A stretch of 43,860 nucleotides of DNA, filler included, from Somniosus microcephalus (Eukaryota), in assembly GCA_052327205.1 (NCBI GenBank). It is 2 parts of 2 records of this genome, joined end to end, with 100 filler letters (N's around TTAATTAATTAA, not from the genome) between each part and the next. Parts side by side here need not be neighbours in the genome. Positions count along the whole stretch, not along the records: positions 1 to 18,587 come from JBMRGM010000035.1; 1 more part is not named here. One strand, given 5' to 3'. Below the pieces are notes generated by a model that was not told where the DNA came from, did not search any database, and saw nothing but the letters and a program-made list of their open reading frames with translations. A program made the position numbers and the translations under genes. This document shows positions 1 to 12,038 of the stretch, piece after piece (the stretch's first letter is position 1; each line of letters starts with the position of its first letter).

Positions 1-30
1 CCCCTCACTACCCCTCTCTCTCCCCCTCAC

Positions 31-143
31 TATCAACATCACTAAATTATCCGATCATTTACCTCATTGCTGTTTGTGGGATTCCTGCTGTGCGCAAATT
101 GGCCGCTGCGTTTCCTCCACTACAGCGGTGTCTGCACTTCAAA
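31..143 (+). mobile_element. DeuSINE (SacSINE1-like) 3' fragment
   Basis: Matches 1895-2010 (cattgctgtttgtggga...gctgtgcgcaaattggc). Confidence 0.65.
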
Positions 144-156
144 TATTATTTTATTA

Positions 157-464
157 GCCGAGATCTCTGCGCTCCTCCAGTTCTGGCCTCTTGAGCATCC
201 CCGATTTTTATCGCTCCACCATTGGTGGCCGTGCCTGCAGCTGCCTGGGCCCGAAGCTCTGGAATTCCCTCCCTAAACCTCTCCACATCGCTTTCCTCCT
301 TTAAGTCGCTCCTTAAAACCTACCTCTTTGACCAAGCTTTTGGTCATCTGTCCTAATCTCTCATGTGGCTCAGTGTAAAATTTTTTGTCTTGTAACACTC
401 CTGTGAAGCACCTTGGGAGGTTTTATGACATGAAAGGCGCCATATAAATGCAAGTCTTTCTTTC
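157..464 (+). mobile_element. L2-like LINE 3' end
   Basis: Decayed ORF2 end (GGRA.SCLGPKLWNSLP...LLKTYLFDQAF) with a tail ending aaaggcgccatataaatgcaag(tctt)n; homologous to 13553-13835 on the minus strand. Confidence 0.7.
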
Positions 465-841
465 TCCATCACTCTCCCCCAGGAGATGGACTGTCACAGC
501 TTCCCCAGTGGCTCTGCTGGTTTGACTGGAGAGTAGCTGACCCTTACAGACCATGGAGGTCCCTGGTCCAATCCTTGGTCTAGTTGATCTCGCTCACGGT
601 AGTGACAGGATAGTGATAGTGATGTCCGCCACAGTCAAATAACCTGCTGGAACTCACTTGGAAAACACACGCAGAACGGTACTCGGGCAGGGTAACAGAG
701 GGTGGCTGGCACCTGTGGGACCCCACCCCAGCAAGGAGTCAGTTCCCCAAGAAGTTAAGGGGTGATCTAATTGAGATGTTTAAGCTGATTCGATAGGGTA
801 GATAGAAAGAAACTATGTCCTCTAGTGGGAGAAACAAGGAG

Positions 842-2090
842 GCAGCCATGGCTCAGTAGGTAGCCACTCTCGCCTCGGAGTCAGAAGGTCGTCCACTTTG
901 GTGGCAAAAACAGGAAGGCAGATTATCTGAACGGCAATAGATTGGGAGAAGGGGAAGTGCAACGAGACCTGGGTGTCCTTGTGCACCAGTCGCTGAAGGT
1001 AAGCATGCAGGTGCAGCAGGCGGTTAAGAAGGCAAATGGTATGTTGGCCTTCGTAGCGAGGGTTCGAGTACAGGAACAAGGATGTCTTGCTACAGTTGTA
1101 CAGGGCCTTGGTGAGACCACACCTTGAGTATTGTGTGCAGTTTTGGTCGCCTTATCTGAGGAATGATGTTCTTGCCATGGAGGGAGTTCAGCGAAGATTC
1201 ACCAGACTGATACCTGGGATGGCAGGAATGACGTATGAGGAGAGTTTGGGTCGATTGGGCTTATATTCACTGGAGTTTAAAAGAATGAGAGGGATCTCAT
1301 TGAAACTTATAAAATTCTAACAGGACTAGACAGACTAGATGCAGGAAGGATGTTCCCGATGGCGGGCCAGGTCACAGTCTAAGGATAAGGGGTAAGCCAT
1401 TTAGGACAGAGATGAGGAGGAATTTCTTCATCCAGAGAGTGGTGAACCTGTGCAATTCTCTATTAGAGAAAGCAGTTGAGGCCAATTCATTAAATATATT
1501 CAAGAAGGAGTTAGATATATTTCTTAAGGCTAAAGGGATCAAGGGATATGGGGAGAAGGCAGGGACCGGGTACTGAGTTTGAATGATCAGCCATGATCTC
1601 TTTGAATGGCGGAGCGGGCTCGAGGGGCCGAATGGCCTACTCCTGCTCCTATCTTCTATGTTTCTATGTCGTGGGTTCAAGTCCTACTCCAGAAACTTGA
1701 GCACTAAAATCTAGGCTGACACTCCCAGTGCAGTACTGAGGGAGCGTTGCAGTGTCGGAGGTGCCGTCTTTTGAATGAGACGTTAAACCGAGGCCCCCAT
1801 CTGCGCTCTCAGGTGGATGTAAAAGATCCCATGGCATAATTTTGAAGAAGAGCAGGATAGCTCTCCCCGGTGTCCTGGCCAATATTTATCCCTCAATCAA
1901 CATCACTAAAACAGATTATCTGATCACTATCGTGTTGCTGTTTGTGGGAGCTTGCTGTGCATAAATTGGCTGCCGTGTTTCCTACATTACAACAGTGACT
2001 CCACTTCAAAAAGTACTTCATTGGCTGTAAAGCGCTTTGGAACGTCTGGTGGTCGTGAAAGGTGCTAGATCAATGCAAATCTTTCTTTCT
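842..2090 (+). mobile_element. tRNA-headed DeuSINE (SacSINE1-like), interrupted by CR1
   Basis: A box tggctcagtagg (~849), B box ggttcaagtcc (~1674), Deu-domain-like gagacgttaaaccgagg...aagatcccatggca...ccggtgtcctggccaa, L2-like tail ending (tctt)n. Confidence 0.8.
893..1667 (+). mobile_element. 5'-truncated CR1 LINE
   Basis: Frameshifted ORF2 C-terminus (LYRALVRPHLEYCVQFWSP), tail (ttctatgt)n, flanked by the 5-bp repeat GTCGT (888-892 and 1668-1672). Confidence 0.9.
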
Positions 2091-2228
2091 TTAAAATTAG
2101 AGCTAGGCCATTCAGGGGTGATGTCACTTCTTCACAAAAAGGGTAGTGGAAATCTGGAACTCTCTCTCCCGAAAAGCTGCTGCTGCTGCTGCTAGGGGTC
2201 AATTCAAAATTTCAAAACTGAGATTGAT

Positions 2229-2952
2229 TACTTGTACTTCTTGCAATTTAATATACTGTATTCGCTGCTCACGATGTGGTCTCCTCTACATTGAGGAGAC
2301 CAAACGCAGTTTGGGCGACCGCTTTGCGGAACACCTCCGTTCAGTCCGTAAGGGTGACCCCGAGCTTCCGGTCACCTGTCACTTTAATTCTCCGCTCCAT
2401 TCCCACTCAGACCTCATTGTCCTCGGCCTCTTGCATTGTTCCACGGAAGCTCAGCGTAAGCTCGAGGAACAGCACCTCATCTTTCGATTAGGCACTTTAC
2501 AGCCCTCTGGACTCAGCATCGAGTTCAACAATTTCAGATCATAACCTCGGCCCCTATCTCATACATATATTTTTTATCCACACTTTGTTTGTGGCTTTTG
2601 TTCTTCCCTCCCACATGGCAGCTGTCCTTCATTCTGCCAGCGCAATTCACACTTCATCCAGAGCCATCCTTTGTTCCTTACCCTGTCCCATTACCACCTC
2701 CTCTTGCCTTGAATATCTCTTAACTTCTCCTGCCTTCCATCCTATCACAGACCTTCCTTTTTGTTCTTCCAGCCCCTAAACTTGCTTTAAAATCTATTCC
2801 ATTTTCTGCTTTTTTCCAGTTCTGATGAAAGGTCATCGACCTGAAACATTAACTCTGTTTCTCTCTCCACAGATGCTGCCTGGCCTGCTGAGTGTCTCCA
2901 GCATTTTCTGTTTTTATTTCAGATTTCCAGCATCTGCGGTATTTTCTTTTTG
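2229..2952 (+). mobile_element. Penelope-like element 3' fragment (GIY-YIG endonuclease + 3' region)
   Basis: TCTSCNLIYCIRCSRCGLLYIEETKR...RFAEH...GLSIEF is a PLE-type GIY-YIG with CxxC; stop at 2544; hammerhead motif downstream. Confidence 0.85.
2818..2854 (+). ncRNA. Minimal type I hammerhead ribozyme motif (degenerate helix III)
   Basis: agtt CTGATGA a aggtc-atc-gacct GAAA catt aact: core boxes, helix II and helix I (agtt/aact) present. Confidence 0.7.
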
Positions 2953-3305
2953 TGTTGACAGGTTGAAAGTATTATGGGTTACGGAAGCAAGATGGAGTTA
3001 AGATACAGATCAGCCACGATCTAATTGAATGGCAGAAGAGGGGCTGAATGGCAGCCTCCTCTTGTTCCTATGGACATGGGAACTAAGACGAGCATGGGCT
3101 ATGAGCGCAGAGGGAGTGAAAAAGGAGAACTGGAGTCTGGGGCGAGCATAGAATGGAGGGACAGGGAAGTGGGGGAGCAGGGGCATACTTAGTGATGTAA
3201 AGTTCACTTGCAGGGACAGCATCAGTCAACCCTATCTTGTCAGGGAAAAGTTCAGAGAACATCGGCACAGGATTGAAGATAGCGCAGCCACAGGCCAATA
3301 CTCAC

Positions 3306-3352
3306 GTTTTAAAGCAGGGGTCACCCAGCAACAACTGCATACTGATGGAGAC
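3306..3352 (-). CDS. EEIG/FAM102-family gene, 47-nt exon; the gene continues off the left edge
   Basis: atcccag|GTCTCC...TTTAAAAC|gtgagt encodes VSISMQLLLGDPCFK(T), matching the EEIG motif GDPCFKT. Confidence 0.92.
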
Positions 3353-3364
3353 CTGGGATATACA

Positions 3365-3929
3365 GACAGGGAAAGCACAGCGAGAGACAGAAAATCAGGA
3401 AAAGACAGAGAGAAAGAAAAACAGGAAAAAGAGAAGAGAGAGGAAAGGGCAGGGAGATAGAAAGAGACAGAAAGAAATAGGTAAAAGTAGAGAGAGAAAG
3501 AAAGAGAGGAAATGGCAGAGATAGAGAGAGAGAGAAAGAAATAGGGCAATGGAGAAAGAGATAGAAATTGAGAGAGAGCGAGAGAGAGAGGAATCGAGAG
3601 AAAGAAATAGGAAAAAGGAGAAAAAGAGGAAAAACAGGGACGGTCAGAGAAAGAAAGAGTGTAACAGGAAAAAGGAGAAAGCAGAGACAGAGACACACAT
3701 GTTAAAACATACAAAGACAAAGCAACAGAAGAACAGAAAGTGAAAGGTAGAGAGAAAGAGAGACAGTTAAACAAAGTGAATGAAAAACAAACAAAGACCG
3801 AGAAAGAGTTAAAAAGAGAGATACAGAGAGGGAGTGAGGGAGAAAAAGAAAGCAAAACAGAGACACAAATGCAGAGAGTGTTATGGGGAGACAGAAAAGG
3901 TAGGACAGAGACAAAGAATGAAAGACAGC

Positions 3930-3978
<49 letters not shown>

Positions 3979-3980
3979 GA
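3365..3980. repeat. GA-rich low-complexity tract with (GA)n microsatellite at ~3933-3971
   Basis: Direct inspection. Confidence 0.9.
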
Positions 3981-4253
3981 GCAAATCATTCATCAGCAAT
4001 TTCAGTATTCGAACAAAATGAAAACAAATTTTACAGAAACTGCAGATTAAGTGTTCCACAGTGAGATGCTGGACCACATCCCACCCACCATCCATCAAAT
4101 GTCAGCCAAGTGGGCAGGGATGAAACCGGTTCCAATAGCACGCTCTGTACAAGAGGGTCAGTGTGGGGCTGAACACCATCACGTGCTGGAACCAGGGGCG
4201 TTACAGAAAAATCAATCAATGTATTCCCACTCTGATTATCGACTCAACTTTAA

Positions 4254-4998
4254 GGGAGTGTTTGATGGGACAGTGTAGATGGAGCTTTACTCTGTATCTA
4301 ACCCGTGCTGTACCTGCCCTGGGAGTGTTTGATGGGACAGTGTAGAGGAAGCTTTACTCTGTATCTAACCCGTGCTGTACCTGCCCTGGGAGTGTTTGAT
4401 GGGACAGTGTAGATGGAGCTTTACTCTGTATCTAACCCGTGCTGTACCTGCCCTGGGAGTGTTTGATGGGACAGTGTAGAGGGAGCTTTACTCTGTATCC
4501 AACCCGTGCTGGACCTGCCCTGGGAGTGTTTGATGGGACAGTGTAGATGGAGCTTTACTCTGTATCCAACCCGTACTGGACCTGCCCTGGGAGTGTTTGA
4601 TGGGACAGTGTAGATGGAGCTTTACTCTGTATCTAACTCATGCTGTACCTGCCCTAGGAGTGTTTGATGGGACAGTGTCGAGGGAGCTTTACTCTGTATC
4701 TAACCCGTGCTGTTCCTGCCCTGGGAGTGTTTGATGGGGCAGTATGGAGGGAGCTTTACTCTGTATCTAACCCGTGCTGTACCTGCCCTGGGAGTGTTTG
4801 ATGGGACAGTGTAGAGGAAGCTTTACTCTGTATCCAACCCGTGCTGGACCTGCCCTGGGAGTGTTTGATGGGACAGTGTCGAGGGAGCTTTACTCTGTAT
4901 CTAACCCGTGCTGTTCCTGCCCTGGGAGTGTTTGATGGGGCAGTATGGAGGAAGCTTTACTCTGTATCTAACCCGTGCTGCACCTGCCCTGGGAGTGT
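4254..4998 (+). repeat. 67-bp tandem satellite, about 11 units
   Basis: Unit gggagtgtttgatgggacagtgtagagggagctttactctgtatctaacccgtgctgtacctgccct; units start at 4254, 4321, 4388. Confidence 0.95.
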
Positions 4999-5158
4999 CA
5001 GGTTCTGAAATGGAAGGAGCCTCAGTCGCCAGAACTATAAACCTTAATGAGTATAAAAATTCGGCAAAGATTGACAAGAGAAAACAAGTACAGCCAGGAT
5101 TATCGATGAGGTACCCCAAGAGGAGCCTTTGCCTTGTACCTTTTCCATCTCTCCTCTA

Positions 5159-5431
<273 letters not shown>

Positions 5432-5539
5432 TCACAGGGGAGAGGAGAGAAGTCTGGGTTAGATCTGGAGGAGGTGAGCACGGTGCGAGCAAGTGACAGA
5501 GATCCAGGTCGGAGAAGGACACACAGTCCTGAAACCCCA

Positions 5540-5785
5540 ATGCAGTGCTGAGGGAGCGCTGCACTGTCGGAGGGGCTGTACTGGGGGAGCGCTGCACTGT
5601 CGGCGGGGCAGTGCTAAGGGAGCACTGCACTGTCGGAGGGGCAGTGCTGAGGGAGCGCTGCACTGTCGGAGGGGCAGTGCTGAGGGAACGCTGCACTGTC
5701 GGAGGGGCAGTGCTGAGGGAACGCTGCACTGTCGGAGGGGCAGTGCTGAGGGAACGCTGCACTGTCAGAGGGGCAGTGCTGAGGG
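5540..5785 (+). repeat. 33-bp minisatellite, about 7 units, SINE-derived
   Basis: Unit cagtgctgagggagcgctgcactgtcggagggg; near-identical to SINE segments at ~1730-1763 and ~16659-16692. Confidence 0.9.
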
Positions 5786-5887
5786 ATATCTCTCTCTCTC
5801 TCTGTTTGCCGAGCAGTGCACCTCAGAGCTGGCTGATAGCAACCTGAATAAACAATGCATTGTGTATGGCAACTTGGTCCTGTGACA

Positions 5888-8202
5888 GGGGATTGTAGCC
5901 GGGCAAGTGGTAGAAGATTCAGTAGGAGAGCATTTTGGTGAAAGTGACCATAATTCGGTGAGATTTAAGGTAGCCATGGAAAAGGACAATGATGGACCGG
6001 AAATAAAGGTTGTAAATTGGGGGAAGGCCTATTTTAATATGATAAGGCACGATCTGGCCAAACTGGACTGGGATCAGCTACTTGTAGGAAAATCCACATC
6101 AGAGCAGTGGGAGTCATTCGGAAAAGAAATAGAACGAGCACAGCGCCAAAATGTTCCCGTAAAGGTCAAGGGTGGGACAAACAAGTCCTGGGAACCCTGG
6201 ATGTCAAGGTATATACAAGAATGGATTAGGAAAAAAAGGGAGGCTTTTGGCAGAGAAAAAGGACTAAAAACAGTGGAAGCCCTAGAGGAGTATAGAAAGT
6301 GCAGGGGGGTACTTAAAAAAGAAATTAGGAGAGCGAAGAGGGGGCATGAAAAAACACTGGCGGGCAAAATAAAGGAAAATCCCAAGGTGTTTTATGAGTA
6401 TATTAAGGACAAGAGGATAACCAGGGAAAGAGTAGGGCCCAAAGTGGCAATCTGTGTGTAGAGCCGGAAGATGTAAGTGAGGTTTTAAATGAATATTTTG
6501 CATCTGTGTTCACTATGGAGAAGGACGATGTAGGCATAGAAATCAAGCAGGGGGATTGTGATATACGTGAACAAATTAGCATTGAGAGGGAGGAGGTACT
6601 AGTGGTTTTAGCGGGCTTAAAAGTGGATAAATCCCCAGGCCCAGACAAGATGTATCCCAGGCTGCTGTGTGAGGCAAGGGAGGAGATTGCAGGAGCTCGG
6701 ACACAAATTTTCAAAACCTCTCTGGCCACAGGGGAGGTGCCAGAGGACTGGAGGACAGCTAACGTAGTATCATTATTCAAGAAGGGTAGTAGGGATAAAC
6801 CAGGGAATTACAGGCCAGTGAGCCTAACATCAGTGGTAGGGAAATTATTGGAAAAAATTCTGAGGGACAGAATTAGTCTCCACTGGGAGAGGCAAGGATT
6901 AATCAAGGATAGTCAGCATGGCTTTGTCAGGGGGGAGATCATGTGTAACCAATTTGATTGAATTTTTCGAGGGGGTGACTAGATGTGTGGATGAGGGTAG
7001 TGCAGTTGATATAGGCTACATGGACTTCAGTAAGGCTTTTGACAAACTCCCGCATGGGAGACTGGTCAAGAAGGTAAGAGCCCATGGGATCCAGGGCAAT
7101 TTGGCACATTGGATCCAAAATTGGCTTAGTGGCAGGAGGCAGAGGGTGATGGTCGAAGGTTGTTTTTGTGACTGGAAGCCTGTGTCCAGTGGTGTACCGC
7201 AGGGATCGGTGCTGGGTCCCTTGCTGTTTGTAGTGTACATTAATGATTTAGATATGAATGTAGGAGGCATGATCAATAAGTTCGCAGATGACACGAAAAT
7301 TGGTGGAGTGGTAAATAGCAAGCAGGGAAGCCTCAGGCTTCAGGACGATATAGATGGGTTGGTTAGATGGGCAGAACAGTGGCAAATGGAATTTAACCCT
7401 GAAACGTGTGAGGTGATGCATTTTGGGAGGACTAACAAGGCAAGGGAATACACAATGAATGGTAGGACCCTAGGAAGGACAGAGGATCAGAGGGACCTTG
7501 GTGTGCATGTACATAGATCCCTGAAGGCAGCAGAACAGGTAGATAAGGTGATTAAGAAGGCATATGGGATACTTCCCTTCATTAGCCGAGGCATAAAATA
7601 TAAGAGCAGGGATGTTATGATGGAGCTGTACAAAACGCTGGTTAGGCCACAGCTGGAATACTGTGTGCAGTTCTGGTCGCCACACTATAGGAGGGATGTG
7701 ATTGCATTAGAGAGGGTGCAGAGGAGATTCACCAGGATGTTACCTGGGCTGGAGCACTTCAGCTATGAAGAGAGACTGGACAGGCTGGGGTTGTTTTCCT
7801 TAGAGCAGAGAAGGCTGAGGGGGGACCTGATTGAGGTGTACAAAATTATGAGGGGCATAGATAGGGTAGATAGAAAGGAACTTTTCCCCTTAGTAGAGGG
7901 GTCAATAACCAGGGGGCATAGTTTCAAGGTAAGGGGCAGGAGGTTTAGAGGGGATTTGAGGAAAAACTTTTTCACCGAGAGGATGGTTGGAATCTGGAAC
8001 TCACTGCCTGAAAGGGTGGTAGAGGCAGGAACCCTCACAACATTCAAGAAGCATTTAGATGAGCACTTGAAACGCCATAGCATACAAGGCTACGGACCAA
8101 GTGCTGGAAAATGGGATTAGAATAGACAGGGCTTGATGGCCAGCACGGACACGATGGGCCGAAGGGCCTCTTTCTGTGCTGTATAAATCTATGACTCTAT
8201 GA
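5888..8202 (+). mobile_element. 5'-truncated CR1 LINE with RT domain, frameshifted
   Basis: KSPGPD, NYRPVSLTS, MDFSKAFD, GVPQGSVLGP and FADDTK spread over ORFs 5907-6461, 6506-6961 and 6918-8120; tail ctatgactctatga. Confidence 0.95.
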
Positions 8203-8574
8203 TGGGCCTCACCACGTCCAGGGCCTCAGGGCAGGATGATGAGAGACTCATCCGGCTGAAACCAGCTCATTCATGGGAAATAAGGCCCAGCTTTAATTTC
8301 TCAGAAAAGGTATTTAGCACCTGGTGTATGAAGTTACTAATTCAAAGAATGATTCACTCAGACTTGCTGTCCGGTTGACTTTTTAATTGTGTCATTACAT
8401 CATTAACTATTCATTCTTTTTGTAATATATTATTGACGAACCAAGGTGAAGGCCCAAGGCCTGGTAGTACCTAGCAACGCCAAGGTTGACAAGAGTAGGA
8501 GGGACGACAAGGTAACTCAGTCAAGTGACACCAATTTACAGCTACAGGAGGTGGGGACCCGAGGGAGGTAAGCA

Positions 8575-9121
8575 AGGCCCCAGCTGGAGTATTGTGTCCA
8601 GTTCTGGGCACCACACTTTAGGAAGGACGGGAAGGCTTTGGAGAGGGTACAGAGGAGATTTACTAGAATGGGTCCAGGGATGAGGGATTGCAGTTACGTG
8701 AGTAGACTGGAGAAGCTGGGGTGGTTCTCCTTAGAGCAGAGAAGGCTAGGAAGAGATTTGATAGAGGTGTTCAACATCACGAAGAGTTTAGATAGAGTAA
8801 ATAAAGAGAAACGGTCCCCAGCAGCTGAAGGGTCGGTAACCAGAGGGCACAGATTTAAGGTGATTGGCAAAAGGACCTGGGGCGACATGAGGAAAAACTT
8901 TTTAACGCAACGAGTGGTTAGGATTTGGAATGCACTGCCTGATAGGGTGGTGGATACAGAGTCAATAGTAGCCTTCAAAGTGGAATTGGATAAATTGCAG
9001 GGATATGGGGAAAGAGCAGAGGGGGGAGTGGGACTAAATGGATTGCTCTTTGAAAGAGCCGGCGCAGACTCACTGGGCCGAATGGCCTCCTTCTGTGCTG
9101 TACTATTCTATGACTCTATGC
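8575..9121 (+). mobile_element. CR1 LINE 3' fragment
   Basis: ERVQRRFTRM...NFLTQRVVRIWNALP; tail ttctatgactctatg. Confidence 0.9.
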
Positions 9122-9282
9122 TACGGCTTTGAGATCATGGGAAAGAAATGAGTGTGGGGAGTCGATGAGGAATGCAGAGAGAAGGAAGAGGGTGCAGGAT
9201 TGGAGCCACGAGTAACTCAGAAGAGCAAAACGTGGAGTTGTGCTGATCGGGTAGTGGAAGGGGGGGCGGTGTGCAGAATGCA

Positions 9283-9753
9283 AGATCGAAAAAGGCAGAC
9301 ACAGGCAGACCAGGCTGCCAAGAGAAGACAGGATATGCTCTCACTGCAGTCAGGGAGTAGTTGAGACAGAGATGCACTTCCTCACAGCCTGTGGAAAATA
9401 TCAGGGCATCAGAGAGAATTTCTATCAAAAATTCTCACAAATATGCCCTGAATTCAGAAATCTGACTGACAACCAAAAACTCCCATTCCTACTGGGGGAG
9501 GAGAGAAGCTGTGTAACACTGGCGGCACACTATGTTACAGCTTGCCATGAACAGAGGGACAACCAGTAAACTAAGACAAGAATATATATAAACAAGGCGA
9601 AAATATATTTATAAACTCAGGGATATACCTGTTTATACACTGTATGAATGGAACCGCGTTTATGTGTTCAACCATAAATGTATTTTGATGCTTTGGCAAC
9701 ATAAGATGTACCTTATCATGCCAATAAAGCGATTTGTATTGTATTGTATTATT
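9283..9753 (+). mobile_element. Non-LTR retrotransposon 3' end, RTE-X-like
   Basis: GRHRQTRLPREDRICSHC...ETEMHFLTAC zinc-finger-like C-terminus; 3' gctttggcaac...catgccaataaagc followed by (attgt)n. Clade assignment is from recall. Confidence 0.55.
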
Positions 9754-9754
9754 G

Positions 9755-10030
9755 AAAGACAAAGATATAGAAAGATGGAGAGAAGGAGACAGGAGGAAAG
9801 GGAGGGGGAGAGAGGGAGGAGAATTAGGGAACTGAGAGGGGGGTAGAGGCAGAGGAGAATAGGGAAGAAGGGCAAGGGGGGGGGGGAAAGGTGGAGATGG
9901 AGGGAGAGAGATATATAGAGAGCATGAGAGCAAGATTGAGCAAGAGCGAGGAAGAGGGGAGAAGAGAAAGAGATAGACATAGAGAGAGGGAGTGAGAGAG
10001 AGAGAGAGGGGAATAGGGAGAGACAGTGCC
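9755..10030. repeat. GA-rich low-complexity tract
   Basis: Direct inspection. Confidence 0.85.
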
Positions 10031-10269
10031 TCAGACAATGAGGTTTCTCGATTACCAGCAGGTTGTTACTAAGATCCTAAGTCAGTACACTCTGGATATG
10101 CGCAGAGGTCGTCACGATCAGGAATAAGTCCCACACCAATATTTTACCAAGTGAGCAACATTTTGCATAATGAACAGAAAAATGCCATTAGTTCAAACAA
10201 GCCTCGCCCTTTTTCATAGATTAACCGCACCTACACACATTCTCACCATACCGATACATTCCTAACCGC

Positions 10270-11182
10270 CCCTACCCGCCTTATCACACAGTGCCTCGCC
10301 TCACCGACCCACCTTATCCCACAGTGCCTCGCCTCACCTACCCACCTTATCCCAGTGTCTCACCGACCCACCTTATCCCAGTGTCTCTCCGACCCACCTT
10401 ATCCCAGTGTCTCTCCGACCCACCTTAGCCCAGTGTCTCACCTCACCGACCCACCTTATCCCAGTGCCTCACCGATCCACCTTATCCCAGTGTCTCTCCG
10501 ATCCACCTTATCCCAGTGTCTCTCCGACCCACCTTATCCCAGTGTCTCACCGACCCACCTTATCCCAGTGTCTCACCGACCCACCTTATCCCAGTGTCTC
10601 ACCTCACCAACCCACCTTATCCCAGTGCTTCACCTCACCGACCCACCTTATCCCAGTGCCTCACTGGACCTACCCACCTTATCCCAGTGTCTCACCTCAC
10701 CGACCCACCTTATCCCAGTGCCTCACCGATCCACCTTATCCCAGTGTCTCACCGACCCACCTTATCCCAGTGTCTCTCTGACCCACCTTATCCCAGTGTC
10801 TCACCGACCCACCTTATCCCAGTGTCTCTCCGACCCACCTTATCCCAGTGTCTCACCGACCCACCTTATCCCAGTGTCTCACCGACCCACCTTATCCCAG
10901 TGCCTCACCGACCCACCTTATCCCAGTGTCTCTCCGACCCACCTTATCCCAGTGCCTCACCGATCCACCTTATCCCAGTGTCTCACCGACCCACCTTATC
11001 CCAGTGCCTCACTGGACCTACCCACCTTATCCCAGTGCCTCACTGGACCTACCCACCTTATCCCAGTGCCTCACTGGACCGACCCACCTCACCCCAGTGC
11101 CTCACTGGACCGACCCACCTCACCCCAGTGCCTCACTGGACCTACCCACCTTATCCCAGTGCCTCACTGGACCTACCCACCT
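10270..11182 (+). repeat. Variant minisatellite with ~26-31-bp units
   Basis: Core cccaccttatcccagtg(t/c)ctc with variable linkers (accga, tccga, acctcaccga, actggaccta). Confidence 0.95.
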
Positions 11183-11938
11183 TCTCACCATATCCCTCAG
11201 TCTGTCTTTGTCCAGACGTGTGGAATTGTCTCTTGAACCCACTTATACTGTTTGCATCTTTACTGATGGCAGTTCCATTGTAACCGATTCCACCACTCCA
11301 TTGCTGACTTCCCTTTCTCACCCCTAACTTCCTCATTTTTAAACCCATGCCCCCCACCTGCCCCCAACCAAGATTTGAATCCTTCACCACAGTGGATCAT
11401 TTGCCCAGATCAGCCTTTTGGTCAATTATTTAAAATTTCCTCCACCCTGAGGATCGTGACTGCTCACCAGAGTATGTTTTGCCCTTTGGTACACTGGCCA
11501 CATGGGCACCATTCATCTGTAGGCCAAGCCAAGGGGCGGTTCAGCCAGCTATTCGATTGTGGAAGCATCGCCTGAACTGAACACTCATTACCTGAAGTCC
11601 AAACACCTGCATTCCATGAGGGGGGGGGTCCACTGGCTGATTTTTTATCCCCTCCCTCCGCCCACAGCCCCTAAGAATGGGACAGAACCTGGGGGGCCAT
11701 CCTGGTCGCTACAACTGCCTGGATAAGCTCACCTGATCGACCAGGGGAAACCTCGCACCCTTTGGAATCATTAAAAACTCGGCCACGCGAATAATGTCCC
11801 AGCATCACATAATGTTACACGGTAGCAAAATTCTATCAAACCATGACCACCATAGAGACAGTCTCCCAACAGAGCAGGACGCAGAATCTCACAGAACAAG
11901 GTGGACACTCAGGTTCTCCACTCAGAATGGGCTCTTAC

Positions 11939-11968
11939 CTTAGTGAAAGCTTTTCCACCTTTTAGTTC
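11939..11968 (-). CDS. EEIG/FAM102-family gene, 30-nt micro-exon
   Basis: ctgtctctgcag|GAACTAAAAGGTGGAAAAGCTTTCACTAAG|gtaaga encodes ELKGGKAFTK (EEIG: ELKGGKAYSK); phase 0 at both ends and in frame with its neighbours. Confidence 0.92.
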
Positions 11969-12038
11969 CTGCAGAGACAGAGGAATCATGTGTTAACCCT
12001 TCAAATACTTGGCACAGCACACCTGGTACAATTATAAC

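Larger units (their letters stand above)
748..3071 (+). mobile_element. Old CR1 LINE 3' fragment in three pieces (~748-840, ~2091-2228, ~2960-3071)
   Basis: Collinear CR1 ORF2-end and 3'UTR motifs (ggggtgatctaattgag; gtggaaatctggaactctct; gatcagccacgatctaattgaatggc) separated by younger insertions. Confidence 0.65.

Noticed and set aside
500-745. Next EEIG exon or a tRNA gene
   Set aside because: No matching peptide or splice pair and no cloverleaf; at most a very old SINE-like remnant.
3232-4098. 288-aa hydrophobic ORF, and similar ORFs at 9571-10038 and 18632-19616
   Set aside because: Translations of CT/GA low-complexity tracts; the real 47-nt exon inside the first uses a different frame.
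4254-4998. Regular arrays (also 12039-13050, 10270-11182, 33495-33757) as CRISPR
   Set aside because: Head-to-tail units without unique spacers, no cas genes, vertebrate context.
6918-8120. 400-aa RT ORF as a host gene or active LINE
   Set aside because: 5'-truncated, frameshifted CR1 ORF2 with no ORF1 or intact endonuclease.
10355-11327. Long Pro/Ser/Thr/His ORFs (up to 293 aa)
   Set aside because: Open in several frames only because the minisatellite unit rarely contains stops.
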